Source of the DNA: Ophelia neglecta
Lineage: Eukaryota
Direction: 5' to 3'
NCBI GenBank assembly: GCA_965285935.1
Contig: OZ260664.1
Location: forward strand, 12,028,001 to 12,092,000
Length of the DNA stretch: 64,000 bases
A model generated the notes under the pieces. It was not told the origin of the DNA. It worked only from the letters and a program-made list of their open reading frames with translations, and did not search any database. The position numbers and the translations under genes are program-made. Shown here piece after piece: positions 27,553 to 39,740 of the stretch (position 1 is its first letter; every line of letters starts with the position of its first letter).

Positions 27553-28468
27553 TATCATAAACGTGAATGGTCTACGATCTACGAGAGTCATCGATCGTAT
27601 TTTGACTCTTTCAAACCTGTTGGCATCCGTTATAGGATTCCGAAAGTTCTCATGGTGTGTGTTGTACCAGGATAAATTGGTGCAATATCTATCTGTGGAT
27701 TTGGAAAATGCCCGTTTAATTTGCATACTCCATAACGCTTTGCTTGGTCAACGGCAGAATAGCAGATACCTTTACAGAGGAAGAAAGACGCACTTGAACA
27801 TCATTTTATTACACTGTAGAGAACTGGATACTGATCTTTGTGGACCTGAAAATGCTGCTTTCAGATGACGGTTTTTAGGCCACTTCTTTATCAAAACTTT
27901 TCACTTGGTCAGTCCGCCATCCACTCACGCGTAGTTTTGCGTTCCTCGTAGCTGGGACTGCTTCCACCTATGAACATTTGCTTGGTCATGATCTATTTGA
28001 TGTTATGAATGTTCTCATCAACCGTGGTATTCTTTTTTTTGTAAAATTATTAAGTTGTACCCTTATTTTCTTTTGCCTAGTAATGTATAGGTTTACCCGT
28101 TGTAATAAATTCGCGTGTTGATATTTGTGGGATAGTGTTAAGTTTAAGATGTTTGTACAAATGGCACACACGTTCACTTCATTTAAAACGTACCATTCAA
28201 GATGTGACACTTATCGCCACATGTACTTAAGTGCATATTTTGTCTAATTTGACTTTATGACCAAATGACGTATAGCCAATATTGTGGTGAATGATATATT
28301 ATCGCTGATATTGTATTGATGGGCCTATGACATATCATAGATTGCTTTATCATCAATTAAAACCCAATGGAGTGACACTGCATATCAATAACATAAACCC
28401 TGCCATTATTCGCCATACCTTTCGGATTTAGAAGGTGCAGGAGGGTGTGAACCTCTCTGCCTTTGAAC

Positions 28469-28803
28469 TTCCCTTCGTAGCAGAGTACACAGCCTGTAGC
28501 ACTCTGCCGAAATCCGTCAATATGGAATTCCCTTATCTAATTTGCATACAAGGCTACCTCAAGTGACCTCGTACTGACCCGGGATATATATTTCTGCCGC
28601 CGTCCCGCAAGCGCGCTGGCCTTCGTATCAACGAATCAGCCTTCCGCACAACTACGTCACAGCGCGTCATTTCATTTAATAGAAAAGGGCTTTCCCCATG
28701 TACGTCAAACGGCCTCTGGGTTCTCGGAAATTTCCCTCGGTTTTCGGCAGAGGGTGATGCGGAGAAGCTATGCGATAACCATTAGCCTCTGCTGCGAAGG
28801 GTA
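28469..28803. mobile_element. Non-autonomous DNA transposon with 9-bp TSD (AcademH- or MULE-like MITE)
   Basis: TIR TTCCCTTCGTAGCAGAG versus CTCTGCTGCGAAGGGTA (15/17 match). A second inverted pair is CTCTGCCGAAATCCG / CGGTTTTCGGCAGAG. The perfect direct repeat CCTTTGAAC flanks it at 28460-28468 and 28804-28812. Confidence 0.85.
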
Positions 28804-28966
28804 CCTTTGAACACGTTCATGGGGATTGTATAGTCCCAGGTGGTTGTGTGATGCTGACGCCCCTATTGGAGAGGCCACCAATCACACACGAGTGAAAGTG
28901 TACCCGTAGCTTTCCTAGATCCGCCCTTGTTAGTTCATATAACATAACAAACCAGGCACAAAGAAA

Positions 28967-29352
28967 AAACGCGAAGGAATACCGGGAATGCAAAACCAAG
29001 TCATAGATAAAAAACAGTTCATGAAATTGGTTTGAAATCACCAGGAACCAGCAGGGACAGCACCACATATACCTAGAAATCAATTTCCAGCTCCAAAATA
29101 GTAAATGGCGGTACAAAATAAAGCATTCGAAAACGAAAAAATGATAATTAGAAGTAGTCAACAGTTTTCAATGATGCGAGCCAGATCATAAAACAAACGA
29201 GTCAGTGCCCCAAAGTAAGACAGAAATGAAGTATGTCCGAAGGAATGCTATGCTGTCTCATAATAATGTACAGTCTAAAGACGAATATGTCTCGGTTAAC
29301 TCCAGGCCAAAGAGATGTGAAAAAGATCCCTGAATACTAAAAGGGAAATGGT
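28967..29352 (+). repeat. Family R decayed repeat, longest copy (strand given is the one on which the consensus reads AAACGGGAGTGGATAC...)
   Basis: Carries all anchors in order: GAATACCGGG, GAAATCACCAGGAACCA, CCAGCTCCAAAATAGTAA, GAAGTAGTCAACAGTTTT, GATGCGAGCCAGA, ACAAACGAGT, ATGAAGTATGTCC. Confidence 0.75.
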
Positions 29353-29599
29353 ATCAAATATCCTTGGTGATACTTTATTACTTACGTAAAGTGAACAGTC
29401 ACGCTATTATTTTTACTGAACACATGCATCCATCTGGGACATATGATGATATATCGGTATGAAGTAGGTGCACGTAGTGCCTAGCCCTAGAATGAGCGAC
29501 ATTGATAACTCGGCCATTGTGGTTTTGTGCAGGGTAGGTGTGAAAACAATGGGTGAGGGTGTGCTTGACTCGTATTCATGTCTCTTAAGAGACTGGAGC

Positions 29600-29937
29600 C
29601 CAATAGCATCTATTCAATTAAACCGGTCAGTAAACACCAGGAACCACCAACTACAGGCCAACGAACATTGACCCACTGTACCCTAACCATTTATAAGCTG
29701 ACTACAATTTACTAAGTCTTATCGCTTGTGCAGTGGGAAGTAAACTGGTAAGTTAATCTGTTTTATTATGCGAGTCTGAGTGCAAAACGAACGAGGCAGT
29801 GATCAACCTAGGGCAGAGATTAAATATGACCTAGAATAGACTATTATTGAACCAGCTCTCTCATAACAGTGGGACTGTAGAGCAATTGGTCTCGAAAAAC
29901 ACAATGTAAAATGTCCCTATATACAAAATAGGAAACG
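29600..29937 (+). repeat. Family R copy, in tandem with the previous copy at ~595-bp period
   Basis: ACCAGGAACCA at 29040 and 29636; ATGCGAG at 29174 and 29768; also GATCAACCTAGGGCAGAGAT. Confidence 0.65.
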
Positions 29938-32019
29938 CTACGAGTAATTTGATTTTACCCAAAATTATGTTCTTCTAACTCTTCCACTGGCCCAATGGGA
30001 CCAGCCCGTTTTCATAGCTATAGGTTGCACCGCTCGCATTGCGTATAACTTGTGTTAATACTGCTTTTCTATTGTGGTTAGCCAATTTGTCCGATGCCAG
30101 GCCTGGTAAGCAATGGAACAATTCTTCTATTGTCTAAACTATCCCGGTAAATTATAACAAGAATGTCATAATCTTTATTTGACTTATGACGAGAATGACC
30201 TCGGCATAAGACAGCCAACACTTGCGATGAGAGGTCATAAAAGGGGCTTGTGCCTAGGAAAGTTGGTAGAAACAACCATGTATGATGATAGACGCTACTG
30301 GATCGATACTGATTCGAACTGGATGTGCGAATGGCAGAGCGATATTCACACTTGATAATAACTTTTGTCGTTAAGTCGCCTTTACCGACTATTGACCGGT
30401 TTGTTCGGTGTGCGTCTTTGCGCCAAGTTTGGCAGATTTATTGGTTTGCTGAGTTTTCTGGATATGTTCATGCCCACTAAGCAAATTAGGCACATCCGAA
30501 GCAGACCAATTCACCCGTTGACTAGCTGACTCACCCGCATGAAGAACAGGCTAGCCAGAGGTCGGAATCTTAATCAAATCGCCTCCATAGATAATCTGCA
30601 AGGAGTGTGCTACCAACATTGTCCTAAAACCGCAAGCTGTAGTAAATTAAATGTAGGGCCAGCTGTTTCCCAATATCGAACTATGACTGCAAATGAAAAA
30701 TGCACTTTCATTTTGAAATAATAAATACAATTTACTGAATTAAATACATTTACATGTTGAAAACGCATGTTAGACAATGTTGGTTTTTACTCTTCTGCAG
30801 ATTAAGATTTGGAACTACATGTATTCTACGTGGGTTTTATGTTTCGGGCAGGATGGAACGGGGAGGTGGGTAAAAAGGCAATATGATAAGATGAAAGATG
30901 GGCTGTTTATACCTGATTGTATAATCTCGGTAGCTGTCCTATTAGTATTATGCATACATGGTCAAATAATATTGACCAGGGTTAGCCCATGACTTACGGT
31001 AAATCCCCTTATATCATTGATAAATATAGTTATCGTCATTATATTCTGTGTTAAGCTATTACAGTAGAATAAAAGTGATCCTTTAGCCTAGTATACCTAA
31101 AATTCCATTTACATAACAGTAAATACAATAACTGCAATGGATAGATCCCTTTTAGAGATCTCTATCGTAATGCGTTTGGCAATAAATTGAACCAAGCAAA
31201 ACCCTGTCCACTTTAATACATAACATCGATACATGCAAATGGCTAGTTGGCAGCCCCCGTTGCATTCCATAATAACGTAAGGAACAATGGTTAAGGGCCG
31301 ATTACAGAGTAGCGCAGTTTAACATCATTGTAGACTTAATTCTCACTTCCCAGGATCGTAGAGCGACCATATCTCGGTGCTTATAATATAGACATCCCAA
31401 TCTTCATATCATCCCTGTCGATGTCTCTCGACCCACTTCATCCCGGTTAGAAGATGTTGTTCACCACAGACACTAATTGTTTTTTAGGAAGGCCTTGAAT
31501 CCCACGGTTAAGGGCAAAAATTTAAGTTTATAATTTTGGAACAGGCGTCTAGGGTGATGTATTTAGATAATTTAGATTGGGCTTAGTGCTAGTCTGCACG
31601 CTAACAGGGTAAAGACTGACATGCGTGATAAAGTGTTTCCGGTAGTCAGTTGCCTTGACAAGTGGTGAGTGCAATTGTACGTTGCACTGATGCAAAAGTT
31701 ATATTAAAATGACATAACTCAAACTGTGTCAGTTTACTGCTTGTTATTCAGTTACCGATCGAAGGATGGCCTTGATTGAAATACACTTTGAGTGAATAGA
31801 CTGGTATTTTGACAAACAGACAACTGGCCTTCCTGATGTAGGAAATTGGTTTGTGCATCATTTATCGATATTTTGGTTAACAAGACTGCCCTGGTTAATT
31901 ATATTGGAAATTGGAATAAAATTAATATTGGAAATTGTCAATATTGTTTTCTCATGCACAGGAAAATTATCCCATAACCTGTGAGTTCATGATTCATGTC
32001 AAACACAGAGCAGCGTGTA

Positions 32020-32125
32020 GTAGCTGGGGATTGGTGAATAGCTGGTGGTTCTTTATGTTTTCGAACCGATTGAATGGAATATTCTTGATTAATGATGGTA
32101 TTTTGTCTGCCGGGTGTCCTCCCCA
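32020..32125 (-). repeat. Family R terminal fragment
   Basis: AGCTGGGGATTG...GCTGGTGGTTC...TTCGAACCGATTGAATGGAATATTCTTGATTAATGAT...TTTGTCTGCCGGGT. Confidence 0.75.
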
Positions 32126-32847
32126 TTACAAGTGCATTTGGAGCTGAGCTGATCATTGACCCTGCTTATTATGATATTTTAAAGGAAGCGTTGAATGCTG
32201 GGGCAGGGAGAGGGGTGATTTCCTTATCTTGCTAAAAACCTGACAAATAGCACCTTGGCTGTTCTACACTCGAATAAGAATAGAGGGATATAGGGTAAAA
32301 AAATCGATATTTAGTACCACATCATTAAAAGCCAGTTATTCAAGTCACTATTCAAAACTTTTAAATCGCAATGTACGAAATTTTCTGACTATATTGTTGA
32401 CACTGGTTTGTTCTACTGTTTGAACTGATTGGTCCACGTGCCAATAAATACGCCGTGGGAATCACGATGGAAAGCGCCTTCCAGCATCGTCATTTAGATT
32501 TATGTCTATCGCTATTTCATGAGAGCCTTCAACTTTTAATTATATTTAAATTGGAGCAAATTGCCAATGTAAAAACTATAACAATACCAACACCCTGAGC
32601 CTAAAAAATCCACTTTTGCAATGCGAGGGTGGCTGACATGGCCCAGAGTGTGATAACAAAGGTTCAGTGCATTGACTAGGAAAGGCAAAGACTGATGGTA
32701 AATACTGAAATCCCTTAGACACAGCATGCAAATACTGTGCTGGTAATGGACCGCACAGCTTGTTCGCGGATCGCAGGTCATTAAAGCTAAACATGGAGAT
32801 TATACAGCAGATGTACTTTACCATTTAGACCTTTAAATCCTATATAT

Positions 32848-32890
32848 AAACGGGAGTGGATACCTGCATGCATGAATCACCAACAGAATC
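32848..32890 (+). repeat. Family R terminus
   Basis: AAACGGGAGTGGATACCTGCA. Confidence 0.55.
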
Positions 32891-33574
32891 TTGAACTTTG
32901 ACTTTAAAAGTGATGAATACTAACGTTTGGCGATGTAAATCTTAGATGCATTTATGCAGAATGTTGTTGAGTAATATGAATGTATTCAAATTTAAAATTG
33001 ATATCTACGGTGCTAAAGGATAATTTTAAACCGTTTGTGTGCGTTTCCCAGACACAATTAAACATTTTCCAGCAATTTAAGAAAACATCTGGGGCATCTA
33101 ATTGATTAATGCTACTTGGTAAAAGCCAAGTTTTACTTGGATATAGAATTTTATTTACATATTACTTTAGTGCAGTTGTATATGAAGTTCACCCGTTGTT
33201 TAACATGCTTCTAGCAAGGTGAGTGTTTATTCAACAATATAAACTGACTACTAATTAAGCCAACTCTCAGCTTCTCGGCACCGGCGGTATTAAGGAAAGC
33301 AGCGTTTTTGACAGTCGAATGCAGTCAGACGTGTCAGAAATTGAAAGGAAAATCAGGTTTTGCAATTTTTAAGTAGTGCCCACCCTAGTTTATGCACTTG
33401 GTGTTTCAACTTTTAGCATATTTGTGTGCATATGGCAGATGCGCATTAGGCTAAATCCAAAATCCGGAGTTGTTTACCGGACGGCTGCGTTAACAAATGA
33501 CGGTGTCCGAAGTACGAAATAGTTCTCTTATAACGAAATTCAGGTATGACACTCGTCGATTACTTCGCGGCTAG

Positions 33575-33756
33575 TACAGTGAAGCCTGCCTTAAAGACCA
33601 CCTCTATATTCAGACCACCTCCCAATTCAGACCACTAGTATGAAAACCACACTGCACACTTTTAATTTAAATTAACCTGTCTAAACAGACAACCTCCATA
33701 ATCAGACCAGTTTTTACCAGGCCCTTGGGTGGTCTCAATTCACAGGTTTCATTGTA
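33575..33756 (+). mobile_element. MITE family M copy 3 (TA on both sides)
   Basis: TA|CAGTGAAGCCTG ... CAGGTTTCATTG|TA; ~12-bp TIRs, TA dinucleotide at both ends, repeated internal AGACCAC motifs. Confidence 0.9.
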
Positions 33757-34095
33757 CTATTGCAAACCTTAAATTATGATCATACATACAGAATGTAGTC
33801 CACATATATAACAATTAAAACTGATTGCCTTTAAAATAACTATATTCTGATATGAGCAGTAAATTAACGATCTAACTTATTCTTTAAGTTGAGAAATTAG
33901 AAACTCCAATTTTGATTTCGACCTGCAAAAGCTTGTTTTTATTCTTTTTAGGTGATCAATTTGTTATCGCTGAATTTGTTGTGAGCCATATCTTTTCAAA
34001 TATTGAGACGAACGAATAATAACAACAGCCATATTAACCTGACACCAAACGTATCTTGAATATGAACTGAAAATGTTGAAGTTCTTGCCTGATAT

Positions 34096-34138
34096 CTGTT
34101 AACGTGTTCGCTTTGTCTGCGGAATACCCACTCCCATT
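34096..34138 (-). repeat. Family R terminus
   Basis: TTCGCTTTGTCTGCGGAATACCCACTCCC. Confidence 0.55.
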
Positions 34139-34699
34139 CTCCGCAATGTCTCCAGGAAGTGCTAGAAGTGGTTTGGTAAATGAGGTTAATATCGATGGAA
34201 TTACCGGACAATTATCCCCAACATGGCAGTTACTTTGTGTCGTATACCCGATGAGTGGGGAAAATTGAATAGAATAATTGAGTGTGAGGTATTTTTCCCA
34301 CACCAGGTCACTTAATTCGGCTTCTAAATGAGGGCATTGTCATGCCGCTGTGACATGAGTGTCCCCTTGAATCGCTCTCACAGCATATTCATGTGACTCG
34401 CCACCCTATTTCTGCGGCTTAAGTCTTTTATTCAAGCAGCTTTGCTAATGCGCATTTCACAGAAATGTCACCGGGTTCGGTTTCCCCTGCGGATTTATTC
34501 GTGCGACTGTAAACTGACCATTCAATGTGACAATTACGAGACCTTTTATGATAAAAATCCTTTATATTAGGCAGAGCAGTGCAACTAATGCGATGAGATG
34601 AAATATGAAAGAAGGTTAAATCAGGGCAGCTTAAATTCAGTAAGTAATGCTATGGGGCTAGTAGAGTTAGTTAGGCTAGTGCGGCTGTCCTCCGTTAAC

Positions 34700-34947
34700 C
34701 ACGAGTTAGTTTGATGTGTGCTTTGATTCGCGTCATAAACAACTGCTGATCACTTCTCAATGCAAGTATAATCATGTTCTGCAGGATTTCTTATTATTTT
34801 CATATAAGGTTTATTCAGCATTGGGATGCTTGATGTGTGTGGACCTGCATGTAGAGCAGGTGGTTTCTGATAATTTCGAACAGATTTAAAGCACTATTAT
34901 TATGATTAGCGACTTTGCTTTGCCAGCCGGGCACCACTCCCGTTTTT
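34700..34947 (-). repeat. Family R copy
   Basis: TGATTCGCGTCATAAACAACTGCTGATCACTTCT...GGTGGTTTCTGATAATTTCGAACAGATTTAA...TTTGCTTTGCCAGCCGGGCACCACTCCCGTTT. Confidence 0.75.
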
Positions 34948-35819
34948 TTAACTGTTGTAAGCATTTAAATGGTCCTGAACTGGTTCACAATATTTCATTC
35001 GAGATTCCATTTTCAGTATATGTTAAAATCAGTAAAGAAGAGTTAATCTTAATACCTCCAACTTTAATCACTTTAGTTATTGTATTCCTAGTTCGGCTTC
35101 GTGTCAGTCAGACATTCCTGAAAAAAGTGTAATTTATCATGTAGGTTCCTTTTTACCTTTTAAAATAAGTCATTGATGTTTACCTTCATAAATTGGCTCA
35201 CCTTTTGATTTTACTATGTATGACTTAGATAAAGTAGTTTTTTTTAAGGAAATATAGGGTCACATTGGCATATTTGTCTTATCATTACACTTTAATCAAT
35301 CTTAACATGAACATGTTTCAGGTTTTACGAAATAACAATTGTCCTAGTTTTAACGCTTACCTGATTTCAAAAGTGAATACAAATATTTCGGGCTTCCAGA
35401 CATAAGCTTGGGTTTTCCATTGATATGAACAACATAATCATATGGCCAATTTCCTCCGATGCAAAACGAATAAGCAAACCTGAACAGTATTAAGGGTCAC
35501 CTGGTTTTAACATCCTCGGTACTATACGGGTGATAAGGTTCCCGTGACCAAACATACCAGTGCTTTGGGACTAGGGGGCGTTAGTTACCCAGCTTCCGAT
35601 ACATTGTCCCTAACATACTACTATTTTTAGACAGAAGGTTTTAGAATACTAGTGTTTCAAGGCCAGGGAACTCCCCAGGTTAGAATATGGCTAGTGAAAG
35701 AGTCAAACGCATGCAAAGTCTGTAGAGTATTTCAAACATTACTCATTCATATAACGACTATCTGCACACTAAAATACTAAACAGTATGAGTGTGGGACAC
35801 GAGAGATTAAATGTTCCCT

Positions 35820-36007
35820 ATTTGTCCTATCTGCAACTCACTGCCTCTTCTCCCGAGTGTTAGTCCGTGCAGCCCAGCGGTCAGCAGCCAACGAAATCCC
35901 GACTCCGCAACCATCCAAGCCACATTTGCTCATCGGGCCGGCGTTTGGCAGCGCAGCGCTCATTTTCCGCCTTTTAACATGGCCACACCTCGCTAAAACT
36001 CGGCACC
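35820..36007 (+). promoter_or_regulatory. Candidate core promoter / 5' UTR (GC- and CpG-enriched patch)
   Basis: GC and CpG are clearly higher than in the flanks. Inr-like TTAGTC at 35860, YY1-like AACATGGC at ~35976, and a short uORF ATG GCC ACA CCT CGC TAA at 35979-35996. Confidence 0.4.
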
Positions 36008-36050
36008 ATGCTTCATAACCTGCAGTATGTAATGGCCTGTGCTATACGGG
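36008..36050 (+). CDS. Candidate first coding exon (MLHNLQYVMACAIR plus 1 nt, phase 1) of an unidentified spliced gene
   Basis: Kozak-like GCACCATG, 14 open codons, then consensus donor G|GTGAGT at 36051, directly after the GC-rich patch. The protein is not recognised. Confidence 0.4.
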
Positions 36051-37482
36051 GTGAGTACCACTGTGGTTAAGTTCACAGACCTGTATAGGCTTTAGATAAG
36101 CCTAATGCTCTCAGCGCAGCATAGCGGTATTGCATGTCACCAGTTGCAATGCGGTGGTCTTCCCATATAATATTGTTGTTAGTAACAGGGCATGATAGGC
36201 AACCAATGGAGTTCATATATTTGAAACCAATATGGTTTTCTAACAACATTTTGAATTCCTATTTATACCATATTTTTAATTCTAGATTGCGAACCAAGCA
36301 AAAACTGATACAGGAGAACCGTTTGTTTCCCGGACTGTAAATAACAAACAATTCGAGCGAAATGACTTGGCATATAGTATAGGCAGCAGAGTTGAGATAT
36401 CCTGAAAGCTATTGTCGTCTGAAAAAAGGGGAACGTCGTCGCAAATACGATATTCAATTCAAGCGATTCAGAACATTTTATTATAACGGCGGATAACGGC
36501 TGAAGGTAGGCCATTGTAATTCTTAAAAAAAACTATTGCATAATCTACGAATACATTCTTATTATCATTAAGATTGCTCCTATTTATAAAATGTTATTTT
36601 TGTTAGCATTCGCATAAACATTCTGTCTTCAATGTGAGATAAACTTCGGATTGAGGTATCAATTAACAGATTTCAAACATTCTTTATGACGAAAGGAAGT
36701 AAGACATGTAGGCAGATTATCTGCTAATAGGTTTCTAATACAGATCTATTGCTTTAAATCAATTGAGATTCAAAAGATGTCACAGGCCAAGACTGTTTTA
36801 TTAATTACTTGGGCTCAATTGTTGATGACCTAAAATACGTTAAAAAATGTTAGCGCCATTACGTTCTGATCCTGGAGTTACCTCATGGTCTCTCCTGCAA
36901 GTTAAAACACGGTTTGTGGTCCTGCGATTGAACACTTTCTGCTAAGTTCACAAAATCCTCCTGTTATTAATGCATCTAGGTAATGCCAAGTTGCAAATTT
37001 ATTCAAGAGATCCTCAACTAATAAGCGTTTACTTTACTGAAACTATAATGCTTCATAGTCACTTTTTTTCCTGTTGTTAAATATTGCAACATTTTGAACT
37101 GGAATACATACTTGCAATGTTTAGTGAATGCTATTATCTGTCAAGTGGCAATCATACCATACTAATCGGCCGATAACGTCATTACCTCACAAGTCTGCCA
37201 CTTGGTTTGCTCAATTTCCTCCCACCTTTGGGTTGTGGTTGTCAAACCTATGGCCTGCTGCTCTGCCCTATTTCCGCTTCAGGGACCAGTCTCATTTGAC
37301 ATTAACTTTTTCCAACCAGAATTTATTTTTACATTCATTGCGCATGTTCTCTCCTTCCTTATGAGCTGTCAATAAGTTTCATTTGGATATATCACACAAT
37401 TGAATGCTATTCAGTTTGACCGTGAACAAATATGCTTTCAGATGTGCAATGCGATTTAAGAATCCAGGTTGAAAAACACAGC

Positions 37483-37666
37483 TACAGTGAAACCTGTGTT
37501 TGTGGTCACCTTTGTAATACGGTCACCTGCCCACTAAGGTCACTATATTATAGCCCAACCACCATTTTTGCCTGTCTTACTTGACCTGCCTATTAAGGTC
37601 ACCTGTAAAATGTGGTCAGTTTATTTCCAGTCCCTAGACTGACCTGATTAGCCAAGTTTCATTGTA
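37483..37666 (+). mobile_element. MITE, divergent relative of family M (GGTCACC subfamily)
   Basis: TA|CAGTGAAACCTG ... CAAGTTTCATTG|TA; same size (~184 bp) and termini as family M, but the internal repeated motif is GGTCAC(C). Confidence 0.8.
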
Positions 37667-37809
37667 ATTAAGAGTAAAACAAGGTAGCTTGTGTGGTCGT
37701 TACCTAGCCAATACCTGTCTCACAATTGAGACAGACCTAGTTGTCCATTCACTCTCCTATGACATATTGGATCTCTGTCGAAGTTTATTAAATGACGGAT
37801 CCTAAATAT

Positions 37810-37872
37810 TGTATAGATTCAATAGACCATTCCTGATTAAGGATTTTGCTTTGTCTTCTGGTTATCCACTAC
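37810..37872 (-). repeat. Family R terminal fragment
   Basis: GATTCAATAGACCATTCCTGATTAAGGATTTTGCTTTGTCTTCTGGTTATCCACT. Confidence 0.7.
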
Positions 37873-38304
37873 TATTGTTTCTCCAAGTAAATGGGGAATG
37901 GCTATGCGCATATATATGTAAGAATTCACTGTCAACTTTTTTGTCCCCACTGATCAGGCAAACCAATTTAACGATCGGCATTTCAAGGTAGTTTCATTCT
38001 ATTTTGTTCTAAAACCGTTCTTTGAGTTAGAAATATAAAGGATATTATTATATTTGTATTTGAAAGTGTCATGGGTTAGAATCAATTCAATTTTTATATG
38101 CAGCATGTCCCTGAACATTCCCCTGACGTCGGGCCACGTGGTTCAACTTAACTGTTGTTAGGCAGCCTAAATTAACAATCGCGTAATATCTAAACCGAAG
38201 GCTTTATTTGAACTGTGTAAGCGAGTCCAAAGTATATAGTAATCTAAATGTATTATAGATATGTCTGGTGAGACGTCTTTCAAGTCGCCATGTGCGTTGG
38301 TTGA

Positions 38305-38360
38305 TGGCGATATGACCATATAAGTGTTGAAAGCTACGGAAAAACCGAATACAACAACAG
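38305..38360 (+). mobile_element. 5'-truncated SINE/LINE 3' tail fragment
   Basis: TGGCGATATGACCATATAAGTGTTGAAAGCTACGGAAAAACCGAATACAACAAC matches the 3' end of the SINE at ~27205-27260, including the CAA tail. Confidence 0.75.
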
Positions 38361-39740
38361 CATTATTGGTTGAATTTGTTTTGTTCGTAAAATACCAATA
38401 GATATGCTTACTTATATCATCATATGCGCTTGTACAGTGGTTGGTATATAATGTAGGCAATTGCTATTCATTCAATATTATAGCCATGCCTACATTTGAG
38501 GAAACTTATTTAGAAAACAGTCAGGTAAATTTAAAAAATCATATGTGTAATTAAGAGGGCTCTTATAAAATAACTACGGCTGTTTACCTGTGGTAAAAAA
38601 CTTTAACTCACGAATAACTTAATGTTCGTCAGTTTATTCAGGTTGACAGCCGACATTCTAAGAGGTAGACGAGCCATTCTGCTATCGACCGATTCTTTTT
38701 TCGGCCTATGTCCCAACAGACGGAGGTCATAATTTTCTAAGGCAATATGTCAAATGCGCATAAAAGCTTCCTATACATTGGCGTTTGTTTTTCTGATGTG
38801 AAAGATGTTTAATACCGACAGTCTTAGTTTACTTGCGAGAGATGGCCAGCAGTGAATTTGAGATAACTATGTTATCAGCCCATCCCGATATAAAACATAA
38901 TTTTCAGAATCCGAATACTTAAATTGGAATATTTTTTCCGAGACTAAGTATCTTAAGCATTTGGCAGATTTTACATAAAATAAATTGTCATGTAATATTA
39001 GTAGTTGTCTAGGAAATATTGGTCAGATTTTGCTTAATCGTTTTATCGGAATAACAACGCCAGACAATGCGGGATCATAAGCACGTTTAAGTGGATTGTT
39101 TCCAATCGTTTTCATGCAGATCTCAGTGTCAGAACAGACTCGATAAAGGAACAACATATCGTGCGATCGATGTATTGATTGACATGTATGGTAAGAGGCA
39201 GTTTAAACAAGGCGATACTTCATGTAAATCTGCGTAGTTAGAAACCGAAGAATGATAAGCACCGGGAAGGGTTCTTGACCGAATTAGACAATGTCACTCA
39301 CTTCCCTGAGAGCTATCATATGTGTGTGCCTTGCCTGGATTTAATGATTCTGAGGCATCAGAACAGATTATGAAATATGTGACAGATGGTGTCAAAGCAA
39401 TATGATGTTAGAATGCCATCTAATGTCACAAAGCTCTTGGCCAGCCAGATAAATGGAAGCTTCAGACGATACGGGCGATCCAGGCCACAACGGCAACCTG
39501 TCAAGTTAATGCAATTGATATACATGTAAGAATGTCACTTCTCTGGTCAAATGTTCATTACGACCACGCTAGGGACTGTTGTGTCTGGCTATGGATATCT
39601 GACTAACAAGATAATGTCGGGTGTCTGGGAGAATGATCTATTTGAATCAGATATTATGTGGCACTTGCAGCATGATCCAATAACCGGTTTCGTTAATTCT
39701 TGTGGTCACTATCCTGCACAGCTTCCATTTAATTGTAAGA

